64,000 bases of DNA from Mobula hypostoma. Lineage: Eukaryota. Below, piece after piece: positions 25,130 through 37,868 of the stretch. The position numbers and the translations under genes were made by a program. The DNA lies in NCBI RefSeq assembly GCF_963921235.1, contig NC_086097.1, positions 250,358,001-250,422,000 on the forward strand, in the 5' to 3' direction. Positions within the stretch are counted from its first letter, which is position 1. Each line of letters begins with the position of its first letter. A model generated the notes under the pieces. It did no database searches, was not told where the DNA came from, and saw nothing but the letters and a program-made list of their open reading frames with translations.

Positions 25130-25935
25130 ATTAGAAACCATAGAAAAACTACAGCACAGAAACAGGCCTTTTGGCCCTTCTTGGCTGTGCCGAACCATTT
25201 TCTGCCTAGTCCCACTAACCTGCACACGGACCATATCCCTCCATACACCTCACTTCCATGTATCTGTCCAATTTGTTCTTAAATGTTAAAAAAGAACCTG
25301 CATTTACCACCTCATCTGGCAGCTCATTCCACACTCCCACCACTCTCTGTGTGAAGAAGGCCCCCCTAATGTCCCCATTAAACTTTTCCCCCCTCACCCT
25401 TAACCCATGTCCTCTGGTTTTTTTCTCCCCTTGCCTCAGTGGAAAAAGCCTGCTTGCATTCACTCTATCTATACCCATCATAATTTTATATACCTCTATC
25501 AAATCTCCCCTCATTCTTCTACGCTCCAGGGAATAAAGTCCTAACCTATTCAACCTTTCTCTGTAACTGAGTTTCTCAAGTCCCGGCAACATTCTTGTAA
25601 ACCTTCTCTGCACTCTTTCAACCTTATTAATATCCTTCCTGTAATTTGTGACCAAAACTGAACACAATACTCCAGATTCGGCCTCACCAATGCCTTATAC
25701 AACCTCATCATAACATTCCAGCTCTTATACTCAATACTTTGATTAATAAAGGCCGATGTACCAAAAGCTCTCTTTACGACCCTATCTACCTGTGATGCCA
25801 CTTTTAGGGAATTTTGTATCTGTATTCCCAGATCCCTCTGTTCTACTGCACTCCTCAGTGCCTTACCATTAACCCTGTATGTTCTACCTTGGTTTGTCCT
25901 TCCAACATGCAATACCTCACACTTGTCTGTATTCT
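25130..25935 (-). mobile_element. CR1 3' fragment, second young subfamily
   Basis: ORFs 25215-25667 and 25550-25942; closely similar to 52514-52954 (+). Confidence 0.88.
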
Positions 25936-26049
25936 TCCACAACTTTTCTATAATTAAGGCCTCTTGATTAACTTGGCAAATTGAGAGCCTGGGAGTGTCT
26001 GGTAAACAGTTTGTAATATCTGCTGCCTAATTCTCTGATTATTATACGG

Positions 26050-26340
26050 ACGGTAGCACAGTGGTTAGCGTGATGCTAACACAGGTTGGGGTGTTCTGGA
26101 GTTTGGAGCTCAATTCCAGTAAGGAGTCTGTATGTTCTCCCCTAGGAATGAGTGGGTTTTCCCCGGCTGCTTGGGTTTCTTCCCACAGTCCACAGATGTA
26201 CCAGGTAGGGTCATTAGTCTCTGAAACTGTCCTGTGTTTAGGTTACGGTTAAACGGGTTTGTATGCAGTTGCTGCGAAGGCATTTCTTGCAGGTCCAGAG
26301 GGCCTAGTCTGCGCTGTTTTGCTACATAAATAAATAAAAC
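26050..26340 (+). mobile_element. tRNA-derived V-SINE
   Basis: A-box ggtagcacagtggttagcg, V-domain gtatgttctccc...tcccacagtcc, (AAAT)n tail. Confidence 0.75.
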
Positions 26341-26379
26341 CATACGAGGTATTATCTGCCTTGCCGTTTTAAAATAGGA

Positions 26380-27620
26380 GCAACACACTCGAAATGCAGG
26401 TCAGGCAGCGCCTATAGAAATGAATAAACAGTCAACGTTTTGTCCCAAGACCCTTCTCCAGGCCAGGATAAGAAGGTAGGGGAGGGGAAGGATGATAGCT
26501 AGAAGGTGATAGCTGAAGTCAGGTGGATGGGTAGATTCTAGGGCTGGAGCAGAAAGAATGTGATAGGAGAGGAGAATGCACCACAGGAGAAAGGGAAGGA
26601 TGAGGGGACCCAGGCGGGCGGTGACAGGCAGGTAAGACGAGGTACAGTAAGAGACCAGAGTGGGAAATAAAAGAAGATGGGTGGGAGAGGGAGTTTTTTT
26701 TACCGGAAGGAGAATTCAGATTTCATGCCATCAGGTTGGAGGCTACCCTGATGGAATATAAGTTGCTCTTCCCCCCTGACAGTGGCCTCATCTTGACACA
26801 AGAGGAGACCATGGACCGACATGTCTGAATGTGAATGGAAATGGGAATTAAAATATTTGTCCACCGGTAAGTTCTGTTTGTGATGGGTGACGTAGTTCCC
26901 CAGTTTACAACGGGTCTCACCGATGTAGAGGAGGGCACACCTGGAGCACTGGACACAATAGACAACCCCAAATTCACAGGTGACGTACTGCCTCACCTGG
27001 AGTGACTGGGGTCTGAGTGGAGGTGAGGGAGGAGGTGAATGGGCAGGTGTAGCACTTAGACCACTTGCAAGGATAAGTGCCGGGTGGGAGATTAGTGGGG
27101 AGGGACGAATGGAAAAGGGAATCGTGGAGGGAGCAATCTCTGAGGAAAGTGGGTGGAGGGGGAGGTAAAGATATGATTGGCAGTAGGATCTGTTTGGAAA
27201 TGGCGGAAGTTACTGAGGATAATGTGTTGGATGCAGAGGCTTATGGTATGATAAGTGAGGATAAGAGGAACTCCATCCCTGTTAAGGAAGTGGGAAGATG
27301 GGGTGAGTGTGGATGTTCTGCAAATGGAGGAGATGCAGGTGAATGTAACAACAATCGTGTAGGGAGGGATCCCCCATTCTTTGAAGAAGGTGGACGTCTC
27401 TGATGTCCTGGTACAGAAAGCTGCATCCTTGGAACTAGTGTGGCGGAGGTGAAGGAACTGGGAAAACGGAATAGCACTTACAAGAGGCAGGGTGGGAAGA
27501 TGCATCGTCAAGGTAACCGTGGGAATTGGTGAGTTTATAAAAGACGTTGGTTAACAGTTTATTGCCAGAGATGGAGACAGAGAGAGATTGAGAAAGGGGA
27601 GGGAGGTGTCATAAATAGAG
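26380..27620 (-). mobile_element. Penelope-like element 3' part (GIY-YIG + pseudo-LTR)
   Basis: ORF 26700-26996 (VVYCVQCSRCALLYIGET...GSLQPDGM), AIPFSQFL and PLILTYH, followed by a degenerate hammerhead-bearing tail. Confidence 0.85.
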
Positions 27621-28409
27621 TTTGTTTTGAAACACTTCACTAGAACAAGGTCGGTCAGGAATAGAAAACATTGCAGAAATTTAGCATCACGTTTTAAAGA
27701 ATCATAAGAATTAATTAATGATCTTGTATGGGAGCCTGAAGACCCTCATCCAAAGTCCAAAATAAATTTATTATCAAATTATGTATCTGTCACTATATAT
27801 CACCCTGGGTTTAATTTTCTTGCTGTAGAACAAATACAACAGAATCAATGTAAAACTACACACAGACTGACAAGCAAGCAAGCAAGAAAAACTGTGCAAA
27901 TACAAATAATAATAATAATTGATAAGTAAATAAATAATATTGAGAGCATGAGCTGTTGGGACCTTGAAAGTGAGTCTGTAGATTGTGTTCAGAGATCAGT
28001 CCAGTGTTGGGGTGAGTGAAGTTATCATTGCTGGTTCAGGACCCTGATATTTGAGGGTTAATAACTGATCCTGAATCTGGTGGTGTGAGTACTGAGGCTC
28101 CTGTACCTCTTACACGATGGCAGCAGTCGGAAGAGAGCACAGTCTGGATGGTGGAGTTTTTTGATGATGGATCTGCTTTCTTGGGGCAGAGCTCCTCGTA
28201 AATGTGCTCAATGGTGGGGAAGGCTTTTCCTCAGTCATCCAGGAACAGCTTGTTCCCTTCCATCATTAGATTTCCCAATTGTCCATGAACCCACGGACTC
28301 CACCTCATTCTTTTTCTTTGCATTATTTATTTATTTTGTGATTTATAGTAATTTAATGACCTTACACTGTACTGGGGAAAAATAACTAACTTCATGCATT
28401 ATAAGGGTG

Positions 28410-28660
28410 ACATGGTAGCATAACGTTTAGTGTGACGTTACTACAGCACCAGTGATTCAGGTTCAATTCCGGCTGTTGTCTGTAAGGAGCTTGTACATTC
28501 TTCCCGGTGACCATGTGGATTTCCTCCAGGTGCTCTAGTTTCCTCCAACAGTTCAAAGACGTGCTGGTGAGAAAGTTGGTTGACCACATGGGTGCCCCAA
28601 CAGGGCACTGGGGGCTCCCTGGGCTGGAAGGGTCAATTACTGTGCTGGATCTCTAAATAA
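28410..28660 (+). mobile_element. tRNA-derived V-SINE
   Basis: ggttcaattcc B-box and the V-domain gtggatttcctccaggtgctctagtttcctcc. Confidence 0.72.
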
Positions 28661-28783
28661 ACAAATAATAATAATGCTGATAATAATCGTGATTCTGATT
28701 CTGAGGGGTAAACAATAGGTAGTTCGTAAACGACAGCTCATGAGGTGCTGGAGAAGATAATGGACAGAAGGAGATATGACTTG

Positions 28784-28859
28784 TAGGAGTTCCCAACCTA
28801 CAAGGACTCCTTGCTTAATGGTATTGGTCCATGGCATAAAAAAAGGTTGGGAACCTCCG
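28784..28859. mobile_element. ~76-bp hAT/Charlie-like MITE
   Basis: Ends ggagttcccaacc and ggttgggaacctcc; the interior matches 32363-32441. Confidence 0.6.
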
Positions 28860-29479
28860 CAGTAGCGGGGACAAAACCATCAGAAAATTGTCAGGAAAGC
28901 AAGTGGAGCACTTAACCACTGCAATCAGTGCCAGAAGTTCAGCACTGATAGCCAGAATCAATCAGGGCCCGTCAATGACTTTGGCAAACTTCTATTGATG
29001 TGTCATGGAGAGTATACTGACTGGCCGCATCACGGCCTGGTATGGAAATACCAATGCCTTTGAAGAGAAAACCCTACAAAAAGTAGTGGATTTGGTCCAG
29101 TTCATCACAGGTACAGCCCTCCCAGCTATGGAGCACATTGACATGAAACGCTGCTGTAGGAAAGCAGCATCCATCATCAGGGACCCCCACAACCCAGGAC
29201 ATGCTCTCTTCTTGTTGCTGCTATCAGGAAGAAGGCCTTCTTTATAGCTGCATCCAGGTTAGGTCCTCAGAGTTATTGCTACCCAGGGACTTGAAGCTGC
29301 TTGCTCTCTCCACTTCTGATCCCTCTATGAGGATTGGTTGTGTTCCTTCGTCCTACCCTTTCTGGGGCTTTTTGATCAGAACTGTAGGAACGATTGTATT
29401 AAATGCTGAGCTGCAGTCAGTAAACATCATCCTAGCATGGGTATTTGTATTGTCCAGGTGATTCAAGGCTGCTCCTCGT

Positions 29480-32215
29480 CCTTTCGTTTCTGGGATCATT
29501 CATGTGAACCTCTTCTGGATCCTCTCCAATGCCAGAACATCCTTTCTTAGATAAGGGGTCCAAAACTGCTTACAACACTCCAAGTGTGGTCTGACCAATG
29601 CTTTATAAAGGCTCAGCATTACATCCTTGCCTTTTTATATTCACAGAATTAAAGCTGACATTGTATTTGGCTTCTTCACCATTAACTCAACCTGCAAATT
29701 AACCTTTCGGGAATCCTGCACAAGGACTCCCAAGTCCCTTTGCATCTCAGATTTTCACATTTTCTACCATTTAAAAAATAGTCTATGCCTTTATTCTTTC
29801 TACCAAAATGCATGATCAGACACTTCCCTACACAGTATTCCATCTGCCACTTCCTTGCCCATTCTCCTAATCTGAATAAGTTCTTCTACAGACTCCCTGC
29901 TTCCTCAACACTACCCACCCCTCCACCTATCTTTGCATCATCCTCAAACTTGGCCACAAAGTCATCAATTCTGCCATCCAAATCACTGACGTATAATGTG
30001 AAAAGAAGTGGTCTTAATACCGACCCCTGCACCAACATCACCACGATTCTCTGCGGCCAACCAAATAATGCCTCTTTTTATTCCCACTCTGTGCCTCCCG
30101 CAAATCAGCCAAACTTCTATCCATGCCAGTATCTTTCCTGTAATACCATGCGATCTTATCTTGTTCCGTGACCTCAGATGCAGCACCTTGTCAAAGGCCT
30201 TCTGAAAATGCAAGTAAACAATTTCCTTTGTTTAACTTGCCTACTATTTCCTCAAATAATTCCCAAAGTTTTGTCAGACAATATTTCCCCTCAAGGAAAC
30301 CATGCTGACTTTGGCCTGTTTTAGCATGTGCTTCCAAGGCGTTTGCCAAGCTCCTGCATGGGAGGCTGGTCAAGAGGGTTCAGTCCAGATGAGGTAAGAA
30401 ATTGAATTAGAGATTGGCTCTGTTGGGAGAAACCAGAGGCTAGTGGCAGATGGTTGCCTCACTGACGGTGACTAGTGGTGTGCCGCAGGGATCGGTGCTG
30501 GGTCTTTTGTTCATTGACATCTATATCAATGATCTGGATGATAACATAGTTAACTGGATCAGTAAATTTAGTCATAGTCATACTTTATTGATCCCGGGGG
30601 AAATTGGTTTTCATTACAGTTGCACCATAAATAAAAAATAGTAATAGAACCATAAATAGTTAAATGGTAATATGTAAATTATGAAATAAGGCCAGGACCA
30701 GCCTATTGGCTCAGGGTGTCTGACCCTCCAAGGGAGGAGTTGTAAAGTTCGATGGCCACAGGCAGGAATGACTTCCTATGACGCTCTGCGTTGCATCTCG
30801 GTGGAATGAGCCTCTGGCTGAATGTACTCCTGTGCCCAACCAGTACATTATGTAGTGGATGGGAGACATTGTCCAAGATGGCATGTAACTTGGACAGCAT
30901 CCTCTTTTCAGACACCACCATCAGAGAGTCCAGTTCCATCCCCACAACATCACTGGCCTTATGAATGAGTTTGTTGATTCTGTTGGTATCCGCTACCCTC
31001 AGCCTGCTGCCCCAGAAAACAACAGCAAACATGATCGCACTGGCCACCACACACTCATAGAACATCCTCAGCATCATCCGGCAGATGTTAAAGGACCTCA
31101 GTCGCCTCAGGAAATAGAGACACCTCTGACCCTTCTTGTAGACAGCCTCAGTGTTCTTTGACCAGTCCAGTTTATTGTCAATTCGTATCCCCAGGTATTT
31201 GTAATCCTCCACCATGTCCACACTGACCCCCTGGATGGAAACAGGGGTCACCGGTACCTTAGCTCTCCTCAGGTCTACCACCAGCTCCTTAGTCTTTGTG
31301 GATGATACCACGATTGGGGGCATAGTGGACAGTGAGGAAGGCCATCATGGCTATCTGAGTGATCTGCATCAGCTGGAAAAATGGGCTGAAAACTGGCAGA
31401 TGGAATTCAATACAGAAAAGTAGAAGATTTTGCACTTTGGTAGGACCAACCAGGGTAGGTCTTACACAGTGAATGGTAGAGCTCTGAGGAGTGTGGTAGA
31501 ACAAAGGGATCTGGGAATACAGGTACATAATTTATTGAAAGTGGCATGACAGATATATAGGGTCATAAGGAAAGCTTTTGGCACATTGGCCTTCATAAAT
31601 CAAAGTATTGAGTACGGGAGGTGGAAGGTTATGTTGAAGTTGCATAAGGTATTGGTGAAGCCTGATTTGGAGTATTGTGCATCGTTTTGGTCACCTACCT
31701 ACAGGAAAGATGTGAATAAGGTTACAAGAGTGTAGAGAAAGTTTACAAGAATGTTGCTGGGTCTGAAAGACCTCAGAAAAAGGCAAGGCTGAATAGGTTA
31801 GGACTTTATTACTTAGAACATAGAAGATTGCGAATACGACAATAAACTCTACTAATATGGAGATTTGACAGAGGTATACGGAATGATGAAGGCTATAGAG
31901 AAGGTAAGTGGAAGCAGGCTTATTCCACTGAAGATGGGTGGGTCTACAACCAGAAGTCAACGGTTAAGGGTGAAATGTGAAAAGTTTAAGAGAAACTTCT
32001 TCACTCGGAGGGTTTTGAGAGTGTGGGATGAGCTGCCAGCACAAGTGATGCACACAAGCTCGATTTCAATGTTTAAGAGAAGTTTGGATAGGTACCTGGA
32101 CGGTAGGGGTATGGAGGGCTATGGTCCCAATGCAAGTCGATGGGAGTAGGCAGTTTAGGTGGTTTTGGCATGGACAGGATGGGCCAAAGACCCTGTGTCT
32201 GTGCTGTACTTCTCT
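29480..32215. mobile_element. CR1 fragments (minus 29480-30340; plus 30335-32215)
   Basis: FQKAFDKV (ORF 29983-30213), [12 protein letters not shown] (ORF 30450-30641), NFFTRRV (ORF 31865-32149). Confidence 0.8.
30570..31295 (-). mobile_element. Rex1/Babar-like LINE inserted in a CR1 RT motif
   Basis: ORF 30703-31323. The host reads agtaaattt|gtggatgatacc (SKF|VDDT) across the insertion. Confidence 0.88.
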
Positions 32216-32362
32216 AAGACACTAAGTACTCTGAAACCTCATCCTTACTAATGGATTCCAATGTTTCCCAACCACTGAGGTCAGGCTAGCTGGCCCATAA
32301 TTTCCTTTATTTTGCCTCTCCCTTCAAAAAGCAAATTCGCAGTTCTGGTTGTCCAGCTAGGG

Positions 32363-32441
32363 CAGGGTTCCTAACCTGAGGTCTATGGACCCCTTGCTTA
32401 ATGGTATTGGTCCATGGCATAAAAAAGTTTGGGAACCCCTG
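32363..32441. mobile_element. ~79-bp hAT/Charlie-like MITE
   Basis: TIR cagggttcctaac...tttgggaacccctg. Flanks agCTAGGG and gtCTAGGG give a 6/8 TSD resembling the NTCTAGAN target. Confidence 0.65.
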
Positions 32442-32499
32442 GTCTAGGGGATGGTGGCATTATGCTGGAAAGCATGCAGAAAAGATTCATGAGCATGCT

Positions 32500-35400
32500 G
32501 GAAGATCAAACTTGAAGGCAGAGTGCAGGGTTAACTGGTAGGATTCTTAGTACTGTGGAGAAACAGAGGGGTCTTAGGGTCCAAGCCCATAGAACTTGCA
32601 AAGTTGCCATTCAAGTTGACAGGGTTGTTAGGAAGGCATATGTTATGTTAGCCTTCATTAGTCGGGGGATTGAGTTCAAAACCCAGGAAGTAATGTTGCT
32701 GCTCTATAAAACCCTGGTTAGATTCTGGTTGTCGTATTTAGTTTGCCTCATTATAGGAAGGATGTGGAAGCTTTAGAGAGGGTGCAGCGGAGATTTACCA
32801 GGATAAGTCTGGATTAGAGAACGTGATATATGAGGAAAGGTTGAGCAAACTAGGGCTTTTCTCTCTGGAGCGAAGGAGGATGAAAGGCAATTTGATAGCA
32901 GAGTATAAGATTATGAAAGGCACAGACAGACCGGAGAGCCAGCTTTTCTTTCTCCCACAGGGCATCAATCAGCAATAGCAGAGGACGTATGGAGGAAAAT
33001 TAGGGGAGATGTCAGAGGTAGGTTTTTTTACACGGAGAGTGCTGTGTTTCTGGCACTGCTGAGGTGGTGCCAGAGTCTGATGCAATGGGAACATTTAAGA
33101 GACTCTTAGATAGGCACAAGGATGCACCTACAGAGATGAGGAGGAATTTCTTTAGCCAGAGGGTTGTGAATCTGTGGAATTCATTGCCACAGGTGGCTGT
33201 GGAGGCCATGTCACTGGATGTATTTAAGGCAGAGGTTGAAAGATGATTAATTAGTCAAGGGCATGAAAGGATAAGGCGGGGGAGGCAGGAGACTGGAGCT
33301 GAGAGGGAATTGGATCAGCCATGATGAAATGGTGGAGGAGACCCTAATTCTCCTCCTATATCTTATGGTCTTATGAAAGAAAAATAGAGGGTTATGGGCT
33401 GTGTAGAATGGATGGTTCGATTGATTGTGGATGAGTTTTATAAGTCAGCACAACCTAGTGAGCCGTTGGTCTCTGTACTGTGTTCTACTGTTCAATAAGA
33501 CCAGAAGACATGGAGCAGAAATAGGCCATTGTTCTGTGTTCAGAACACACTTTGCCTTGGTCACCTTCCTGGCCACTGCTGCCAAGTTGCAGTTAAGGCT
33601 GGAGCAAGTGACATCTTTTGTGAGCACATTCTGATTAATGTCACACTGATGTTGCTTGATGAAGTTCAATTCGAGAACATTGACATCCATTTCAATTCTG
33701 CTTCCCATTCCCATTCCAGAACTGTTGGCTGTAATATCTGATAGTCTTCCTCACTGTCCAATCTTGGTGTCATCCACAACTGTGCTGATTCAGCTAACCA
33801 CTTTATTATCCAGATCATTGATATATAGTAGATGACAAACAACAATGGATCCAGCACCAATCCCGACAGCACACCACTAGTCACAGACCTCCAGTCAGAG
33901 AGGCACTACCACTACATCTCCACTTCTTGAAATAAAAAGAAAAACTAGGTGTGTACTTCTTGTCTATAGAACTGCTTTGAAATTATAGTCACCGAAATTG
34001 AGGGATTCACTTCACTTTACCCATGGCACGTTAAAAAACAAACAAAAAAGAATTGTCAACATTATAACTGTCTTTCTCTTTGTTTTTAGTGGCTTGTGGT
34101 CTGTTTCAAGTAGGAACTTAGTGCCTATCAAGATGCAGCAGAAGCGTTTCCTGAGAACTCGGGTCCGCAAGTCCTGGTTATATCTTTCCTGTAGGTAGGC
34201 AACCAGAAATGCACACAATACTCCAAATCAGGCCTCAGCGATGTCTTATCCCATCTCTTGAACTCAATACTTTGATTTATGAAGGCCAATGTACCATAAT
34301 ATTACTTTATGACCCTATCTATCTGCGATGCCACTTTCAATGAATTATGGATCTGCATTCTCAGATTCCTTTGTTCTACCACACTCCTCAGTGCCCTACC
34401 ATTCACTGTGTAAGACCTATTCTGGTTGGTCGTACCAAAGTGCACCACCTCACAATTGTCTGCATTAAATTTCATCTGCCATTTTTCAGCTGGTCCAGAT
34501 CACGCTGCAAACTTTGATAGTGTCCCTCACTGTCCATTACATCCGCAGTCTTGGTGTCATCCGCAAATTTGCTGATCCAGTTAAGCACATTATCATCCAG
34601 ATCATTGCTATAGATGACAAACAAGAACGGACTCAGCACTGTTTCCTGAAGCAAGCCACCAGACACAGACCTCCAGTCTGAGAGGCAACCATCTACTACC
34701 ACTCTCTGACTTGTCACACACAAAACCAGATTGACTATCCCTAATCAATCCCTGTCTGCCCAAATACTTATACTTCTAGTCCCTTAGAATACCTTCCAAT
34801 AACCTTCCTATTACTGATGTCAGGCGCACCGATCTACAATTTCCTGATTCATTCTTTGAGCCTTTTTTAAACAGCAGAACAATATTAGCTATCCACCAAT
34901 CTTCTGGCACCTTTCCTGTCACTAAGGATCGTTTAAGTATCTGTGCTAGGGCTCCTGCAATTTCTGTACTTGCCTCCAGCAGGGTCCGAGGGAAGACTGT
35001 TAGGTTCTAGGGATTTATCCATCCTAATTTGCCTCAACATGTAAACACCTCCTCCTCTGTAATCTGTATAGGGTCCATGACCTCACTGCTGCAGTTCCAC
35101 ACATCTATAGGCTCCATGTCCATCTCCCAATTAGAATCACACATCTATAGACTCTGTGTCCACCTCCCAAGTAGACTTTTCCAATAGTAGTCAGTTCCAA
35201 TAGTCTTTTTTTTTCTTAACCAGGGTCTCAATATCTGTCAAAAACCAAGTTTCCATCAAACTGTTATCTGTGCCTTTTATTCTGACAGGAGCATACAAAC
35301 TACGTACTCCCAAAATTTCACTTTTGAAGGTCTCCCATTACCAAGCCCACCTTTCCAGAAACCAATCTGTCCCAATCCACACATTTCAGAACCGTTCTGA

Positions 35401-35660
35401 TGCCATCAAAAATGGCCTTTCTCCATCTTAGAATCTCAGCCTAATCTTATTGCATAATTACTTTGAAACTAATGGCATTATGATCACAAGATGCAACATG
35501 TTCCCCTACACAAACTTCTGTCACCTGCCCTGTCTAATAGGAGATGTAGTACTGCACTCTCTTGAGTTGGGACTTCTAGGAACCTTCCTGAACACAGTTT
35601 ACAAACTTGCAACAGTCTGTGATCTCTCTACAAAATTGCTCCTCTAAATCTAGTTTACTA
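32500..35660. mobile_element. Mosaic of old CR1 fragments
   Basis: ORFs 32555-32776 (+), 33064-33246 (+), 33666-33884 (-) and 34472-34723 (-, ISKFADDTK). Confidence 0.75.
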
Positions 35661-36132
35661 TTGGGTGGTCTATAATGGTGGTTGTCCATCGTGCCCGGCA
35701 ATGACAGGAACGAGTCTGCCCGGGAGAGTTTTTAAAGGGGCAGATCCGCTCTCTTGATCTCAGAAGCCCAGGTCCAGAGGTATGAACAGAGATCACAAAC
35801 TGGCATCTTCCTTGTTTGCAGTGGATGACCATGACATCTCCTGTGCTAGGTCATGCCCTTTGCTCTCCATGGAGAATTGCAGTATCACCTTCCTGGCTTC
35901 ACACGCTAGGACAGACATGTCCCTGCTCTGTAATATAATCCCATTAACACCTTATTCCTCAATTCCATCCACATAGCCTCACTAGACAAAGCTCTCCAGT
36001 CTGTCCTGTCTGAGCTCTGCTGTGTCTCTCTCTAATGCTTCCTGTCTCTTTCCTCCATAATAACCTTTCCAAATCCCAGCTCATTGACTTAGACTAGAGT
36101 TATCTGCCCTAAAATCATTTTAGAAGGTATTA

Positions 36133-36252
36133 CACATTAAAGTTGCTGGTGAACGCAGCAGGCCAGGCAGCATCTCTAGGAAGAGGTACAGTCGACGTTT
36201 CGGGCCGAGACCCTTCGTCAGGACCAGCATCTGCAGATTTCCTCGTGCTTGC
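36133..36252. mobile_element. 120-bp Penelope-derived insertion with a 5' inversion and a 14-bp TSD
   Basis: TSD TTTAGAAGGTATTA at 36119-36132 and 36253-36266. Inverted hammerhead-bearing part 36133-36224, then forward 3' tail 36224-36252. Confidence 0.85.
36190..36225 (-). ncRNA. Minimal type-I hammerhead ribozyme motif
   Basis: Minus strand ggtc-CTGACGA-a-gggt-ctcg-gccc-GAA-ACGT-C-gact: complete core, stems I and II, palindromic ACGU stem III. Folded by eye; activity untested. Confidence 0.75.
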
Positions 36253-36369
36253 TTTAGAAGGTATTATTTTGCTTGATAATGCTTCTGCAAATAAGGATTT
36301 GCCATATTGAACAATACAAGTCAAAGCTGGTTCCTTAAGGTTGTCGTAGCTGGGGAATTCAATGGGATA

Positions 36370-36890
36370 AGTCCTCACTACCTATTAAATGCTCCCAATG
36401 GCATGCGTCTCAAATAACCTCTGACTCTGGCCTTTATGCGTGGCTTAGCTACTGAACAGGCATAACCGTTTCTCCTGATAGGAGAAGGGGCAAAGTAGGG
36501 TTACTGGGAACTTGAAACCAGTCACTTCAGGCTGATGGGCCTCATCAGCCATCGTTGGCAGCTCATTTCGGAGAAGGAAAACTGTGATCTCAAACCTCCA
36601 ATGCCTTGCGGCTATACCCACTCATGAAGGCGGCTTTGGGAGTAAGCCCCAAAAGTTGGAGTTCCTATGTTGAGTTTAATGCTGGCCGGCAACTCCTGTG
36701 ATGCTGCTGGTGCCAAACGGTATCTGTTTCTGCCGTTCCTTTAGATTTATCAGGGGAGGGGAGGGGAGGGGAGCCTGCTACATGAGCAACAGGTTGCTCT
36801 CATACCCTACTGCCCTGGTTTGTGTATCACATAGACAGCTGGGATACAACATCCATGGTCGACCCCCCAACCAATGGCAGGCCTCAATAA
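36370..36890 (+). repeat. Dispersed repeat (unclassified, possibly RTE-related)
   Basis: Second copy at ~58460-58875 (ctattaaatgctcccaatgg...ggagaaggggcaaag...cctactgccctgg). Confidence 0.6.
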
Positions 36891-37868
36891 AATAGAAATT
36901 GTTTAACTCTGCACAAACTAGACAAAAGATTCCCCTGGTTCATAGGATTATTAAAACGAATTTAGCTGCTCAATTGTCAGGGGAAGCCTGCTCGCCAAGA
37001 TTTCAACTTAGTCTTAAATCCATCTTTAATAACACAAATAAATCAATCCTTCTTATGATTTAAACTCAGACAGTTACACAGTGACTACAAGTGAAATAGG
37101 TCAGAATTTATAATGATTGGCTTCAAAAATCCTGAAGAAAGATTTTCAGAAAACCTCTATGACAACAATCCCCATGACACATAATGAATAGGTTTTTACC
37201 AAAATCTTCTGAACCCAGAAACGTAATACCTTTTCCTTTCTGAATTTACCTTGGCCAACTTTCAAGTGTGACCTCATTTTCTTGTTAATTTAATAGATCG
37301 GCTCATGGAAGAACGCACAAGTGATTTATAAATGTGAAACGTACCACTAGACCCCCGGTTGGGAACCCCTGTACTGGAAAGATCTTGGTGAAAATGACAG
37401 GAGTGGTAGTGTATCATCTAAAGAGCAGGGAGAGAGGCACCTGATCTCACAATGGAACTCAATGCAGTTGAAAATCAGTACGGAATAGAGATCCCTGCTA
37501 GGAGTAGCTTTAGGAAAGTGGTAACATTGTTTGTTACTTCCATCACACTTCATAATTGAATTATGAGGGAAACGATGATGTGTTATATCATAATTAGAAT
37601 GAGATTGCAATTTAAATATGAACAGTGGATTTCAGTTAATTGGAACACATCAGGACCAGTACATTTTGTCCCAATTCATCAGCTGATCCAGTTAGCCTAA
37701 GTCTCATGGAAATAGTTAATAGTTAAAAAGGTATAAAAAAAAAGACAAACTACCGTTTAACTAAGTACGCAAACACGAGGAATTCTGCAGATGCTGGAAA
37801 TTCAAGCAACACACATCAAAGTTGCTGGTGAACACAGCAGGCCAGGCAGCATCTCTAGGAAGAGGTAC

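Noticed and set aside
26050..26120. tRNA-like A/B boxes (also at 13385 and 28410)
   Set aside because: These are SINE heads followed by a V-domain; no cloverleaf.
37624..37767. Possible pogo/Tigger-like left end (cagtggatttcagttaattgg)
   Set aside because: No matching right TIR or TSD found.
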